Shown here: positions 1-7,610 of the stretch, piece by piece
Numbering within the stretch: position 1 is the stretch's first letter
How the letters are laid out: each line of letters starts with the position of its first letter
From: a virus
UHGV virus genome: UHGV-0115898
Length of the DNA: 40,790 nucleotides
Direction: 5' to 3' (one strand)
Position numbers and translations under genes: made by a program
Notes under the pieces: generated by a model
What the model saw: only the letters and a program-made list of their open reading frames with translations
The model's database searches: none
Told to the model about the DNA's origin: nothing

Positions 1-52
1 TTATCAATTTGTTGCAACGAACAGGTCACTATCAGTCAAAATAAAATCATTA
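1..52. promoter_or_regulatory. Fragment of lambda-type attachment site P-prime arm with tandem Int arm-type binding motifs (aggtcactat / cagtcaaaat / aaaatcatta); core not in window
   Basis: Sequence immediately 3' of int carries three tandem copies of the arm-type consensus (C/A)AGTCACTAT; recognised as lambda attP P' arm from memory; the overlap-region core is not present. Confidence 0.5.
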
Positions 53-1120
53 TTTGATTTCAATTTTGTCCCACTCCCTGCCTCTGTCATCACGATACTG
101 TGATGCCATGGTGTCCGACTTATGCCCGAGAAGATGTTGAGCAAATTTATCGCTTATCTGCTTCTCATAGAGTCTTGCAGACAAACTGCGCAACTCGTGA
201 AAGGTAGGCGGATCCCCTTCGAAGGAAAGACCTGATGCTTTTCGTGCGCGCATAAAATACCTTGATACTGTGCCGGATGAAAGCGGTTCACGACGAGTAG
301 ATGCAATTATGGTTTCTCCGCCAAGAATCTCTTTGCATTTATCAAGTGTTTCCTTCATTGATATCCCAAGAGCATCAACATGCAATGTTGTTGGGATGGC
401 AATTTTTACGCCTGTTTTGCTTTGCTCGACATAAAGATATCCATCTACGATATCAGACCACTTCATTTCGCATAAATCACCAACTCGCTGCCCGGTAACA
501 ACAGCCAGTTCCATTGCAAGTCTGAGCCAACATGGTGATGATTCTGCTGCTTGATAAATTTTCAGGTATTCATCAGCCGTAAGTCTTGATCTCCTTACCT
601 CTGATTTTGCTGCGCGAGTGGCGGTGACCGGGTTTGTTGTTATATGGCCTTCAGCTATAGCCTCTCGGAATGCATCGCTCAGTGTTGATCTGATTAACTT
701 GGCTGACGCAGCCTTGCCCTCGTCTATGTATCCATTGAGCATTGCCGCAATTTCTTTTGTGGTGATGTCTTCAAGTGGAGCATCAGGCAGCCCCCTCCTT
801 ATTGCTTTAATTTTGCTCATGTAATTTATGAGTGTCTTTTGCTTGATTCCTCTGCTGGTGAGGATTTTTTCGTAGCGATCAAGCCATGAATGTAACGTAA
901 CTGAATTATCACTGTTAATCCTCGCTGTCAGAGGCTTGTGTTTGTGTCCTGAAAATAACTCAATGTTGGCCTGTATAGCTTCAGTGATTGCGATTCGCCT
1001 GTCTCGGCCTAATCCAAACTCTTTACCCGTCCTTGGGTCCCTGTAGCAGTAATATCCATTGTTTCTTATATAAAGGTTAGGGGGTAAATCCCGGCGCTCA
1101 TGACTTCGCCTTCTTCCCAT
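50..1120 (-). CDS. int: Tyrosine site-specific integrase, lambda Int type (356 aa)
   Basis: ORF translation MGRRRSHERRDLPPNLYIRNNGYYCYRDPRTGKEF... with C-terminal catalytic region (HELRSL...LLGH...Y) matches lambda Int along its length; ATG start confirmed at 1118-1120. Confidence 0.97.
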   Translation of the reverse strand: MGRRRSHERRDLPPNLYIRNNGYYCYRDPRTGKEFGLGRDRRIAITEAIQANIELFSGHKHKPLTARINSDNSVTLHSWLDRYEKILTSRGIKQKTLINYMSKIKAIRRGLPDAPLEDITTKEIAAMLNGYIDEGKAASAKLIRSTLSDAFREAIAEGHITTNPVTATRAAKSEVRRSRLTADEYLKIYQAAESSPCWLRLAMELAVVTGQRVGDLCEMKWSDIVDGYLYVEQSKTGVKIAIPTTLHVDALGISMKETLDKCKEILGGETIIASTRREPLSSGTVSRYFMRARKASGLSFEGDPPTFHELRSLSARLYEKQISDKFAQHLLGHKSDTMASQYRDDRGREWDKIEIK

Positions 1121-1316
1121 TTCTGATCCTCTTCAAAAGGCTACCTGTTACTGGTCGATTTAAGTCAACCTTTACCGCTGATTCGTGGAACAGATACTCT
1201 CTTCCATCCTTAACCGGAGGAGGGAATATCCTGCATTCGCGCACCCATCGACGAACTGTTTCAAGGCTTCTTGGGCGTCGCTGGCGTGCGTTCCACTCCT
1301 GAAGTGTCAAGTACAT
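1098..1316 (-). CDS. xis: Excisionase Xis (72 aa), overlapping int start as in lambda
   Basis: Translation MYLTLQEWNARQRRPRSLETVRRWVRECRIFPPPVKDGREYLFHESAVKVDLNRP... matches lambda Xis; 23-nt overlap with int. Confidence 0.95.
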   Translation of the reverse strand: MYLTLQEWNARQRRPRSLETVRRWVRECRIFPPPVKDGREYLFHESAVKVDLNRPVTGSLLKRIRNGKKAKS

Positions 1317-1340
1317 CGCAAAGTCTCCGCAATTACACGC

Positions 1341-1368
1341 AAGAAAAAAACCGCCATCAGGCGGCTTG
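1341..1368 (-). terminator. Putative intrinsic terminator on minus strand between the early-left accessory genes and xis
   Basis: Minus strand reads GCCGCC-TGAT-GGCGG hairpin followed by TTTTTTTT (plus strand aaaaaaaccgccatcaggcggc). Confidence 0.5.
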
Positions 1369-1624
1369 GTGTTCTTTCAGTTCTTCAATTCGAATATTGG
1401 TTACGTCTGCATGCGCTATCTGCGCCCATATCATCCAGTGGTTATAGCAGTCGTTGATGTCCTCTGCTTCGATAACTCTGTTGAATGGTTCTCCATTCCA
1501 TTCACCTGTGACTCGGAAGTGCATTTATCATCTCCATAAAACAAAACTCGCCGTAGCGAGTTCAGATAAAAGAAATCCCCGCGAGTGCGAGGATTGTTAT
1601 TCACCTTTGACGGCAAGTTGCAGG

Positions 1625-1927
1625 TTAGCCATGGTTAACCTCCTGCGGAGTAGCCTTTACAAGCACTGGTGTAAATCCATCTTCATTAAGGTTATGAATA
1701 TAGACTTCCGTTCTCCTGCGCTCTTCAGCGTTTAATATGGTTTCTGGATCATAAACCCATACTTTCATTCGACTATTCCATGAAGAAATCGCTTCAGATT
1801 TAGTTCGTTTTTCTGGTCCTTGGGCACCACATTTGCATGACACATAGCGCATTTTCCCTCTGATACTGAATGAGTATCCGATGTTAAGCACAGTGGAACC
1901 ACAGAATGGGCAGCGATATAGATTCAT
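1625..1927 (-). CDS. Lar-family zinc-ribbon restriction-alleviation protein (100 aa)
   Basis: CPFCG...CKCG cysteine pairs in a small basic protein; resembles Lar/restriction-alleviation family from memory; ATG at 1925-1927. Confidence 0.55.
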   Translation of the reverse strand: MNLYRCPFCGSTVLNIGYSFSIRGKMRYVSCKCGAQGPEKRTKSEAISSWNSRMKVWVYDPETILNAEERRRTEVYIHNLNEDGFTPVLVKATPQEVNHG

Positions 1928-2520
1928 AAATCATCCACCTTAGGCGCAGCTGAGACAGCAACATTCCAGAACTCAGAAAACATATTGTATGCACCAGATA
2001 GATTGGAAGTGGCATACCCTCCAAGCTCACTTCTAATCTGAACGGCTCTCATCATTTCCGGGGTTAACTCCTTCGGCACCATAACCCAACCATCCGGAAT
2101 TACCGGAGAGTTGCCGGGTTCTTTAATGTGCAAGCGAGGCTCACCATCTTTTGGCTCAGGCCACTGGCGCTCCATGTTGATCTTCAATTTATCTTCCATA
2201 GCAGCGGTAATTTCAGCATCGCTGATGCCAGCACGGCGCTGTGCATCCCACAACAGAAACTGCATATCAGCCCACTCGCTAAGATCGTCTGGTTCGGCTG
2301 CGGCTTCCAGTGCCTCTTTTGAGAGATGTTTCAGCGGACCAATGGGGCCAACGCAGCCAAATGTGGAGTCAGACCATTTGGCATGCTCGTGGCGAATCTG
2401 TTCGCGTTGCAGCGATGCCAGAGCAATTCGTGCCAGTTCCATTTGTTCGCCACGGGTAAGTCCGTTTTCAAGCGGATTTTTAATGAACAATTCAATACGT
2501 TCTTTGGTAATAGTGGTCAT
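1924..2520 (-). CDS. Phage DUF550/DUF551-type protein (putative dATP/dGTP pyrophosphohydrolase), 198 aa
   Basis: Motif block DLSEWADMQFLLWDAQRRAGISDAEI...KLKINMERQWPEPKDG resembles the MazG-like DUF550 fold; C-terminal VIPDGWVMVPKELTPEMM resembles DUF551; ATGA overlap with downstream gene. Confidence 0.5.
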   Translation of the reverse strand: MTTITKERIELFIKNPLENGLTRGEQMELARIALASLQREQIRHEHAKWSDSTFGCVGPIGPLKHLSKEALEAAAEPDDLSEWADMQFLLWDAQRRAGISDAEITAAMEDKLKINMERQWPEPKDGEPRLHIKEPGNSPVIPDGWVMVPKELTPEMMRAVQIRSELGGYATSNLSGAYNMFSEFWNVAVSAAPKVDDL

Positions 2521-2530
2521 GTGTTACTCC

Positions 2531-2794
2531 TTAACCCGCAGTGCTTTCAACTGATGAGGAGAACAAAATCTTTTCATCAAACCCTGCATTCATATCATGA
2601 ACAGCAACACACCAATCCATCGACGAACGATTATCAAGAGCCTCCATGATTTCATCCATGCGGCGCAGGTCATACAGGTAAATGCTTTTATCGCCAATGG
2701 TGTAAAAACCAATTTTTTTCGGTGACGGGCAGCGATCAAGAACGTTCTGTAATTCGCTCAACCATGCCTGTTCCTTTTTTGTCAAAGTTGCCAT
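2531..2794 (-). CDS. Hypothetical early-left protein (about 87 aa from ATG at 2794; ORF-track start at 2824 is TTG)
   Basis: ORF in operon orientation; ATG at 2792-2794 lies 1 nt after the upstream gene stop. Confidence 0.45.
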   Translation of the reverse strand: MATLTKKEQAWLSELQNVLDRCPSPKKIGFYTIGDKSIYLYDLRRMDEIMEALDNRSSMDWCVAVHDMNAGFDEKILFSSSVESTAG

Positions 2795-2795
2795 A

Positions 2796-3488
2796 TCACT
2801 CTCCTTTGATGCGAATGCCAGCAAGCCAGTTTCTTATGCCGATATATTCAGCGTTCCTGAAACCGCTTTTTACATATATAAATGGCAAGCGAAGATTGTG
2901 ACCATTGGCTGCCAGGTAGTATTTACAACCCTGTTCGGTGAAACAGCAGGTAACGAATTCATCAATATCTTTCACAGCAACGCGCCGCCATTTTTCTGGT
3001 GGCTCTCGAAAGTTTTCGTGAAGTAGTTCGAGACGACGACTTTGGCGTTTATTGGCTTCATTACCATCTTCATCAACCCAGACAATCCGGTCATAGTCAT
3101 AATCAGCATCAACAACGATTTCGCGCTTTTGATACACACAAAACATAGGGTCTGACGTTATTCGATTATCCTGTGTTCGAATATTTTCACCGATGATGCC
3201 AAACGAATCTGGTGCAGCTTTTTTCTCCAGCTCTGCAATGCGTTTGCTTTGAGCTTCCAGTTCATCAAGAAGCGCAAGCACGGTAGCCGGATTAGCCTTG
3301 GCAACAAAATCCCGGACTGACTTACAATCAATCTCCGCAATGGGTTGATACGATGTGTAGCCATGCTGTCTTGTATAACTACCGTGACGAATAACGAAAA
3401 AATCACCATTTATTTTTTTAGCCTGCCACTTATCTTCACCGGCTTTCTCTGCCGCTTCACGCAGTGCCTGATAATCAATCTTGCTCAC
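2796..3488 (-). CDS. Hypothetical phage protein, Ead/Ea22-like (230 aa), GTG start with AGGAGG Shine-Dalgarno
   Basis: Long ORF; start codon is GTG at 3486-3488 preceded by AGGAGGCAACCA on the minus strand; central coiled-coil-like AQSKRIAELEKKA. Confidence 0.55.
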   Translation of the reverse strand: MSKIDYQALREAAEKAGEDKWQAKKINGDFFVIRHGSYTRQHGYTSYQPIAEIDCKSVRDFVAKANPATVLALLDELEAQSKRIAELEKKAAPDSFGIIGENIRTQDNRITSDPMFCVYQKREIVVDADYDYDRIVWVDEDGNEANKRQSRRLELLHENFREPPEKWRRVAVKDIDEFVTCCFTEQGCKYYLAANGHNLRLPFIYVKSGFRNAEYIGIRNWLAGIRIKGE

Positions 3489-3729
3489 TGGTTGCCTCCT
3501 GCTTTTCTGCCTTCAACACCATGCGAGAACCATCATCCAGCTCCCACACTATCTCACCACCTTCAGCCATGACCAGTTGCCACACCAATTGAGCAGCCTC
3601 ATTGGTAACATCACGACCTGGATCATTGCCAACGCGCATACGTCCACCTTCAACATCGCGCATTTTTGCCAGCATGATAGTTTTTGATAGCGGTGAAAAA
3701 CCAAGCTGTAGTCGTGCTGAATTACTCAC
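3475..3729 (-). CDS. Hypothetical small protein (84 aa), GTG start with identical AGGAGGCAACCA leader
   Basis: ORF with GTGA overlap to upstream gene stop; the same 17-nt start module as the gene at 3488. Confidence 0.45.
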   Translation of the reverse strand: MSNSARLQLGFSPLSKTIMLAKMRDVEGGRMRVGNDPGRDVTNEAAQLVWQLVMAEGGEIVWELDDGSRMVLKAEKQEATSEQD

Positions 3730-4226
3730 TGGTTGCCTCCTTTGCGAAGCTGGTCGGCGAACAAACGTACACCAGACGCTTCACTGCGTAGTAACTTAAC
3801 GGCATCATCAAAACCACCTCGTTCTGCGTCGTCTGCTCCGTTGTCGAGGTTATCTGCGTACATCTCTACCCCCTGCGCCCGTACTTCAGCCAGGAAAGCA
3901 TCGGTGGCTGGGGTGTCTGATTGCAGAGACTTTGCGCGATAGTCATTCCACCCTCTTGCATACATGGGATTAACTTGCACTCCATCTTTTACGCAATATG
4001 CCTGCCCTCCACGGTTGATAACCTTGATTTCGCCCATAGCGCCAGACTTCAGCCCCGCATTCTCCGCTGCCAGCGCCGCGCACTTAGCCTCCGCTTCAGC
4101 AAATTTACGCACCAGATATTCAGCGTTTGTTTCGTTAACCTTTAAATCTCGGGGGATGCATTTACCTTTCAGGAATCCATCCATCTCAATTAGTGACATT
4201 TGTTTCATTTCTTCCCACTCCGCCAC
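3726..4226 (-). CDS. Hypothetical early-left protein (166 aa; start ambiguous between GTG at 4226 and ATG at 4208)
   Basis: ORF in operon orientation; acidic C-terminal half; no recognisable domain. Confidence 0.5.
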   Translation of the reverse strand: MAEWEEMKQMSLIEMDGFLKGKCIPRDLKVNETNAEYLVRKFAEAEAKCAALAAENAGLKSGAMGEIKVINRGGQAYCVKDGVQVNPMYARGWNDYRAKSLQSDTPATDAFLAEVRAQGVEMYADNLDNGADDAERGGFDDAVKLLRSEASGVRLFADQLRKGGNQ

Positions 4227-4365
4227 ATTGCATTCAGATATTTGTTGTCATTAACAGAGCCGAAACTATTTCTCTTAAGCAATTCCTCTCTCGATGGCAT
4301 TGGCTTTACGCGTTGGCGAATAATCATTTCTGCCGGAAGAATGCCGGGATTGTATGCAAGTCCTC

Positions 4366-4689
4366 TCATGATTTACTCTCAACGAACTGGTCAATAGCCA
4401 TGCTAAGTGACATACCTAAAGTTTCGATATGCTGCTGAATATCCTGTAGCGTCTGCGCCTGAGATAACAGGATTTCACGGTTGCATAATTCTTTAACCAG
4501 ATGCTCAAACTTGCTGTAATAACCGATACGGCTTAGTGTTTCTTTCCCTGCATTCTCGCCTTCTTTGATAATTCCTCTTTCACTAAGAATCAGATCGTGT
4601 TTGGTTCCGGTAATAACGTATTTTCCGAGGTCGATGTTTAGCTTCATTGTTTTCATGGTAAATTCCTCAGTCATTACTGATAGCGCCAT
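4366..4689 (-). CDS. Hypothetical protein (107 aa)
   Basis: ORF with ATG at 4687-4689, overlapping the upstream gene end by 23 nt. Confidence 0.5.
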   Translation of the reverse strand: MALSVMTEEFTMKTMKLNIDLGKYVITGTKHDLILSERGIIKEGENAGKETLSRIGYYSKFEHLVKELCNREILLSQAQTLQDIQQHIETLGMSLSMAIDQFVESKS

Positions 4690-4963
4690 AGCGTGAGCGG
4701 TAATTACGCAGGCGCGGGTCGATATATTCAGGGAAGTGGGTATATGTGGCTTTGCGGAATGGTCGGATTGATGTTTCGTTTATTCGGTCTTTTTCCTGTT
4801 TTTCTGCGAGTTGTATATCGCGTCGGCACTTCCGTTCTTCTTTTGTTTCTGGTGGCAGAGCAAGAAACGCGTCGAGATTATTCTTGATATTTTCCAGCAC
4901 CTCCGATACGGAATTGCCGGAACAGCGGCGCGGGTCATCCGCACCATACAGAGGCGCTGGCAT
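4667..4963 (-). CDS. Hypothetical basic protein (98 aa)
   Basis: ATG at 4961-4963 preceded by AGGAG at 6-nt spacing on the minus strand. Confidence 0.5.
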   Translation of the reverse strand: MPAPLYGADDPRRCSGNSVSEVLENIKNNLDAFLALPPETKEERKCRRDIQLAEKQEKDRINETSIRPFRKATYTHFPEYIDPRLRNYRSRYGAISND

Positions 4964-4979
4964 GGTTTTCTCCTGTTGA

Positions 4980-5528
4980 TTATTTAGCTAACTTTTTCCA
5001 GATCGCTGAAACGTATTTGGCTTGGTGAATGGCATCATCAAGCGCGTTGTGGCGAGTTCCTTTGAATGGCATATCTCGCTTAGGGTCGAATCCTATTACC
5101 TTCCCAAGTTCGACGATTGTTCTTACGTCGCGGTCATTCCACCACTGCCACGGAACTGGCTGCCCTGTCAGCGAATAACTGTTTCGGAGAATAACGCAGT
5201 CAAATGATGCTCCATTCCCCCAAACCTGAACGAATTTGTGGTTAGCGTTCTTTATGATGAATTCAGATAACCATGAAAGAGCCGTTGAAAGCTCCTGAGT
5301 GTTGCTGGTTAGCGATTTTCTGGCTTCTTCACTCTGTTCCAGCCACCATAAAATCGTTGAAGCGTCAGGACGCGCTCGATATCGCATTGATGATTCAAGC
5401 GAGATATTTACCGAGAACTCTTCTCCTGTTTCTCCGGTATTCGGGTCAAAGAATACCGACCCAATAGAAATAACTGGCGCGTATGGCCCGTTGCCCATTG
5501 TTTCAAGGTCAACCATCAAGTGATTCAT
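4980..5528 (-). CDS. DnaQ-like (DEDDh) 3'-5' exonuclease (182 aa)
   Basis: Exo I motif MVDLETMG near the N-terminus and Exo III motif HNALDDA near the C-terminus; size typical of phage stand-alone proofreading-type exonucleases. Confidence 0.8.
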   Translation of the reverse strand: MNHLMVDLETMGNGPYAPVISIGSVFFDPNTGETGEEFSVNISLESSMRYRARPDASTILWWLEQSEEARKSLTSNTQELSTALSWLSEFIIKNANHKFVQVWGNGASFDCVILRNSYSLTGQPVPWQWWNDRDVRTIVELGKVIGFDPKRDMPFKGTRHNALDDAIHQAKYVSAIWKKLAK

Positions 5529-5536
5529 GTAAGTCC

Positions 5537-6052
5537 TTAAATTGCGTGAATAGCGTGACGAGGGAAGGGGAGAGTTACTGGTGCAAAGGGGATATCGTCG
5601 TCAAAATCCATAGGTGGTTCGCTGTGATTTCCCTGCTGCTGAGGTTGCTGTCTTTGTTGCTGACCATTATTTCGCTGAGGTGAAGACTGTTCATTGCCTC
5701 CTTGCTTGCCACCAAGCATTTGCATGGTTCCACCAACGCCCACGATGACTTCGGTAGTGAACCGATCCTGTCCGCTTTGATCCTGCCATTTTCTTGTCCG
5801 CAATTTGCCTTCAAGATAAACCTCAGATCCTTTTCGCAGATATTCGCTGGCAATTTCTGCCAGTTTCCCGCTCATTACCACGCGGTGCCACTCCGTCTGC
5901 TCCTTTTGCTCTCCAGTTTTCTTATCACGCCATTGTTCTGACGTAGCAACGGTAAGGTTTGCAAATGCCGTTCCTGATGGTGAATATCTGATTTCTGGAT
6001 CATGCCCAAGGCGACCAATAATGATCACCTTATTTACGCCTCTGCTTGCCAT
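5537..6052 (-). CDS. ssb: Single-stranded DNA-binding protein (171 aa) with Gly/Gln-rich linker and DFDDDIPF acidic tip followed by a 15-aa extension
   Basis: OB-fold N-terminus [23 protein letters not shown]..., [10 protein letters not shown] linker, [11 protein letters not shown] motif; ORF continues [15 protein letters not shown] before the stop at 5537-5539. Confidence 0.9.
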   Translation of the reverse strand: MASRGVNKVIIIGRLGHDPEIRYSPSGTAFANLTVATSEQWRDKKTGEQKEQTEWHRVVMSGKLAEIASEYLRKGSEVYLEGKLRTRKWQDQSGQDRFTTEVIVGVGGTMQMLGGKQGGNEQSSPQRNNGQQQRQQPQQQGNHSEPPMDFDDDIPFAPVTLPFPRHAIHAI

Positions 6053-6760
6053 TTATGCCGCCTGTTTTAGCTCGTTAACTCTGATGTTCATTACCTGAAC
6101 GCATTTAGCCTGCGCCTCCTCGTTTCCAGCCATTAATTGCCAGTCATGCTGATAACGCTCGATGAGTTTTTTCTTGTCAGTTTCTGTCGCTGCATAATCG
6201 CTGAAGTCTTTCAGGATTTGTTCGCAGTCAACCGATGGAGATTTCTGGTTGGTATTTTCTGGTGATGGTTTGTTATCTGATGCTGGGATTGCCCATCCCG
6301 GCAGCGATGGAGGGGACCAGTAAAATCCTGTTCCATCCTTCAGTTTTGCCCTGTGCCATCCCTGCTTTTTATCGAGAGATGTTTGTGCGAAACCTTCCTC
6401 AAGGTTATACAGATACCGACCGATTCCCCATTGAACGGCAGCGCGCTTCATTGCGCCGGAACGACCACCTTTGACTGCTTCTACCTGCGTGTTTTCAGCA
6501 GCATCCCATTTGGTTACCCATTCGGAATCAATCTTTATTGATATGCCGCATTCAACGCCGCCGTTGTTGGGAATATCGCGGTATTCATTGCGCCATCCTG
6601 CTTTGCCGCAAACATCGTCCAGGCGTTTCATGATTGCCCGGTTCGTGACATAAGCCAGCACCATAGCCCACACTTTGCCATCGCGTGTTTTACCGCTTTG
6701 CTGTATTCGCCATTCGATATCTTCAGGGCTGAATGGCTCATCGAATTTGTTCAAATCCAT
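6053..6760 (-). CDS. Single-strand annealing recombinase: Rad52-like N-terminal domain fused to a P22 Erf-like C-terminal tail (235 aa)
   Basis: C-terminus ...AATETDKKKLIERYQHDWQLMAGNEEAQAKCVQVMNIRVNELKQAA matches the P22 Erf C-terminus from memory; N-terminal ~150 aa (EWRIQQ...LAYVTNRAIMKRLDDVCGKAGW) looks Rad52/Sak-like, not Erf-like. Confidence 0.75.
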   Translation of the reverse strand: MDLNKFDEPFSPEDIEWRIQQSGKTRDGKVWAMVLAYVTNRAIMKRLDDVCGKAGWRNEYRDIPNNGGVECGISIKIDSEWVTKWDAAENTQVEAVKGGRSGAMKRAAVQWGIGRYLYNLEEGFAQTSLDKKQGWHRAKLKDGTGFYWSPPSLPGWAIPASDNKPSPENTNQKSPSVDCEQILKDFSDYAATETDKKKLIERYQHDWQLMAGNEEAQAKCVQVMNIRVNELKQAA

Positions 6761-6847
6761 AATTCACCTCAGAATGGACATGGCCCAAGGAAATAACGCT
6801 GATTTAATACTTCAGTCTTTGCCGCATTCAAAAATACGCGAACACCT

Positions 6848-7018
6848 TCACGATCTCCCTTCTGGCGATACATTAACGCCTGCTGCGTGTACATGCGCCT
6901 CTGTAACTTGCTCTCCTTCACTGTGGTTGCAAGTGACATGAATATCTCCTTCGTTACCGATTAATTCTTTCATCTGACGAATGAATTCTTCGTCTGACCA
7001 GTTATCTGTAAAACTCAT
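6848..7018 (-). CDS. Hypothetical small acidic protein (56 aa from ATG at 7018) in the position of kil
   Basis: ATG at 7016-7018 forms an ATGA overlap with the cIII stop; ORF-track start at 7048 is TTG. Confidence 0.4.
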   Translation of the reverse strand: MSFTDNWSDEEFIRQMKELIGNEGDIHVTCNHSEGEQVTEAHVHAAGVNVSPEGRS

Positions 7019-7185
7019 GGACGGCCTTGTTGTTTCAAAATATCCCAAAGCTTTTCGAGCAAACTTTTCATTCTTGGTTGTTTAAAGTCTGCTCCGGTTA
7101 AAATGTTTTTTCGTGAATGCTGTACCGATAAAATCGGGTTGAAAGGGCGAACCGATGCCGCCCCTGCAATAGCGAACTGTTGCAT
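7015..7185 (-). CDS. cIII: CIII-like protease (FtsH) inhibitor, 56 aa
   Basis: Internal ATG at 7183-7185 with AAGGAG at 7-nt spacing; MQQFAIAG...LLEKLWDILKQQG resembles lambda CIII; lies left of N as in lambda. Confidence 0.7.
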   Translation of the reverse strand: MQQFAIAGAASVRPFNPILSVQHSRKNILTGADFKQPRMKSLLEKLWDILKQQGRP

Positions 7186-7249
7186 AGGATGCTCCTTCTG
7201 TTTGATTGCACAACGAAAACGCCTCGAATGAAGCGTTATTGGTATGCAT

Positions 7250-7276
7250 ATAAAAAGGCCCTCACACTGGAGGGCA
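7250..7276 (-). terminator. Putative intrinsic terminator (tL-like) on minus strand
   Basis: Minus strand GCCCTC-cagtgt-GAGGGC hairpin followed by CTTTTTAT. Confidence 0.45.
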
Positions 7277-7391
7277 AAGAAGATTTCCAATAATCAGAAC
7301 AAGTCGGCTCCTGTTTAGTTACGAGCGACATTGCTCCGTGTATTCACTCGTTGGAATGAATACACAGTGCTGTGTTTATTCTGTTGTTTAT

Positions 7392-7419
7392 GCCAAAAAT
7401 AAAGGCCGACTATGCGGCC
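7392..7419 (-). terminator. Putative intrinsic terminator directly after the 60-aa gene (minus strand)
   Basis: Minus strand GGCCGCATAGTCGGCC hairpin followed by TTTATTTTTGG, beginning 1 nt after the stop at 7420. Confidence 0.45.
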
Positions 7420-7602
7420 TCAGAATGGTTTGTATCCATGTTTAAAGGCGAAATCGTATGCCTCATCCTTAGTGCTGAAGTATTCATAATCAGCAAATCC
7501 ATCACGATAAAACTTGCAGCACCAATGAGGCGGAATGCCATCCTCAGGACCATAGTCTTGATGGAACACATCCTCAACGATGATATTTTCATCTTTTCCC
7601 AT
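7420..7602 (-). CDS. Hypothetical small protein (60 aa) immediately downstream of N
   Basis: ATG at 7600-7602 preceded by GAGGTG on the minus strand; aromatic/acidic composition; in the sieB/ral position of lambdoid phages but no recognisable similarity. Confidence 0.5.
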   Translation of the reverse strand: MGKDENIIVEDVFHQDYGPEDGIPPHWCCKFYRDGFADYEYFSTKDEAYDFAFKHGYKPF

Positions 7603-7610
7603 ATATCACC

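Noticed and set aside
4980-6760. Lambda Red genes (exo, bet, gam)
   Set aside because: The recombination module is DnaQ-like exonuclease, SSB and a Rad52/Erf-type annealing protein; no sequence resembling lambda Exo, Beta or Gam was seen.
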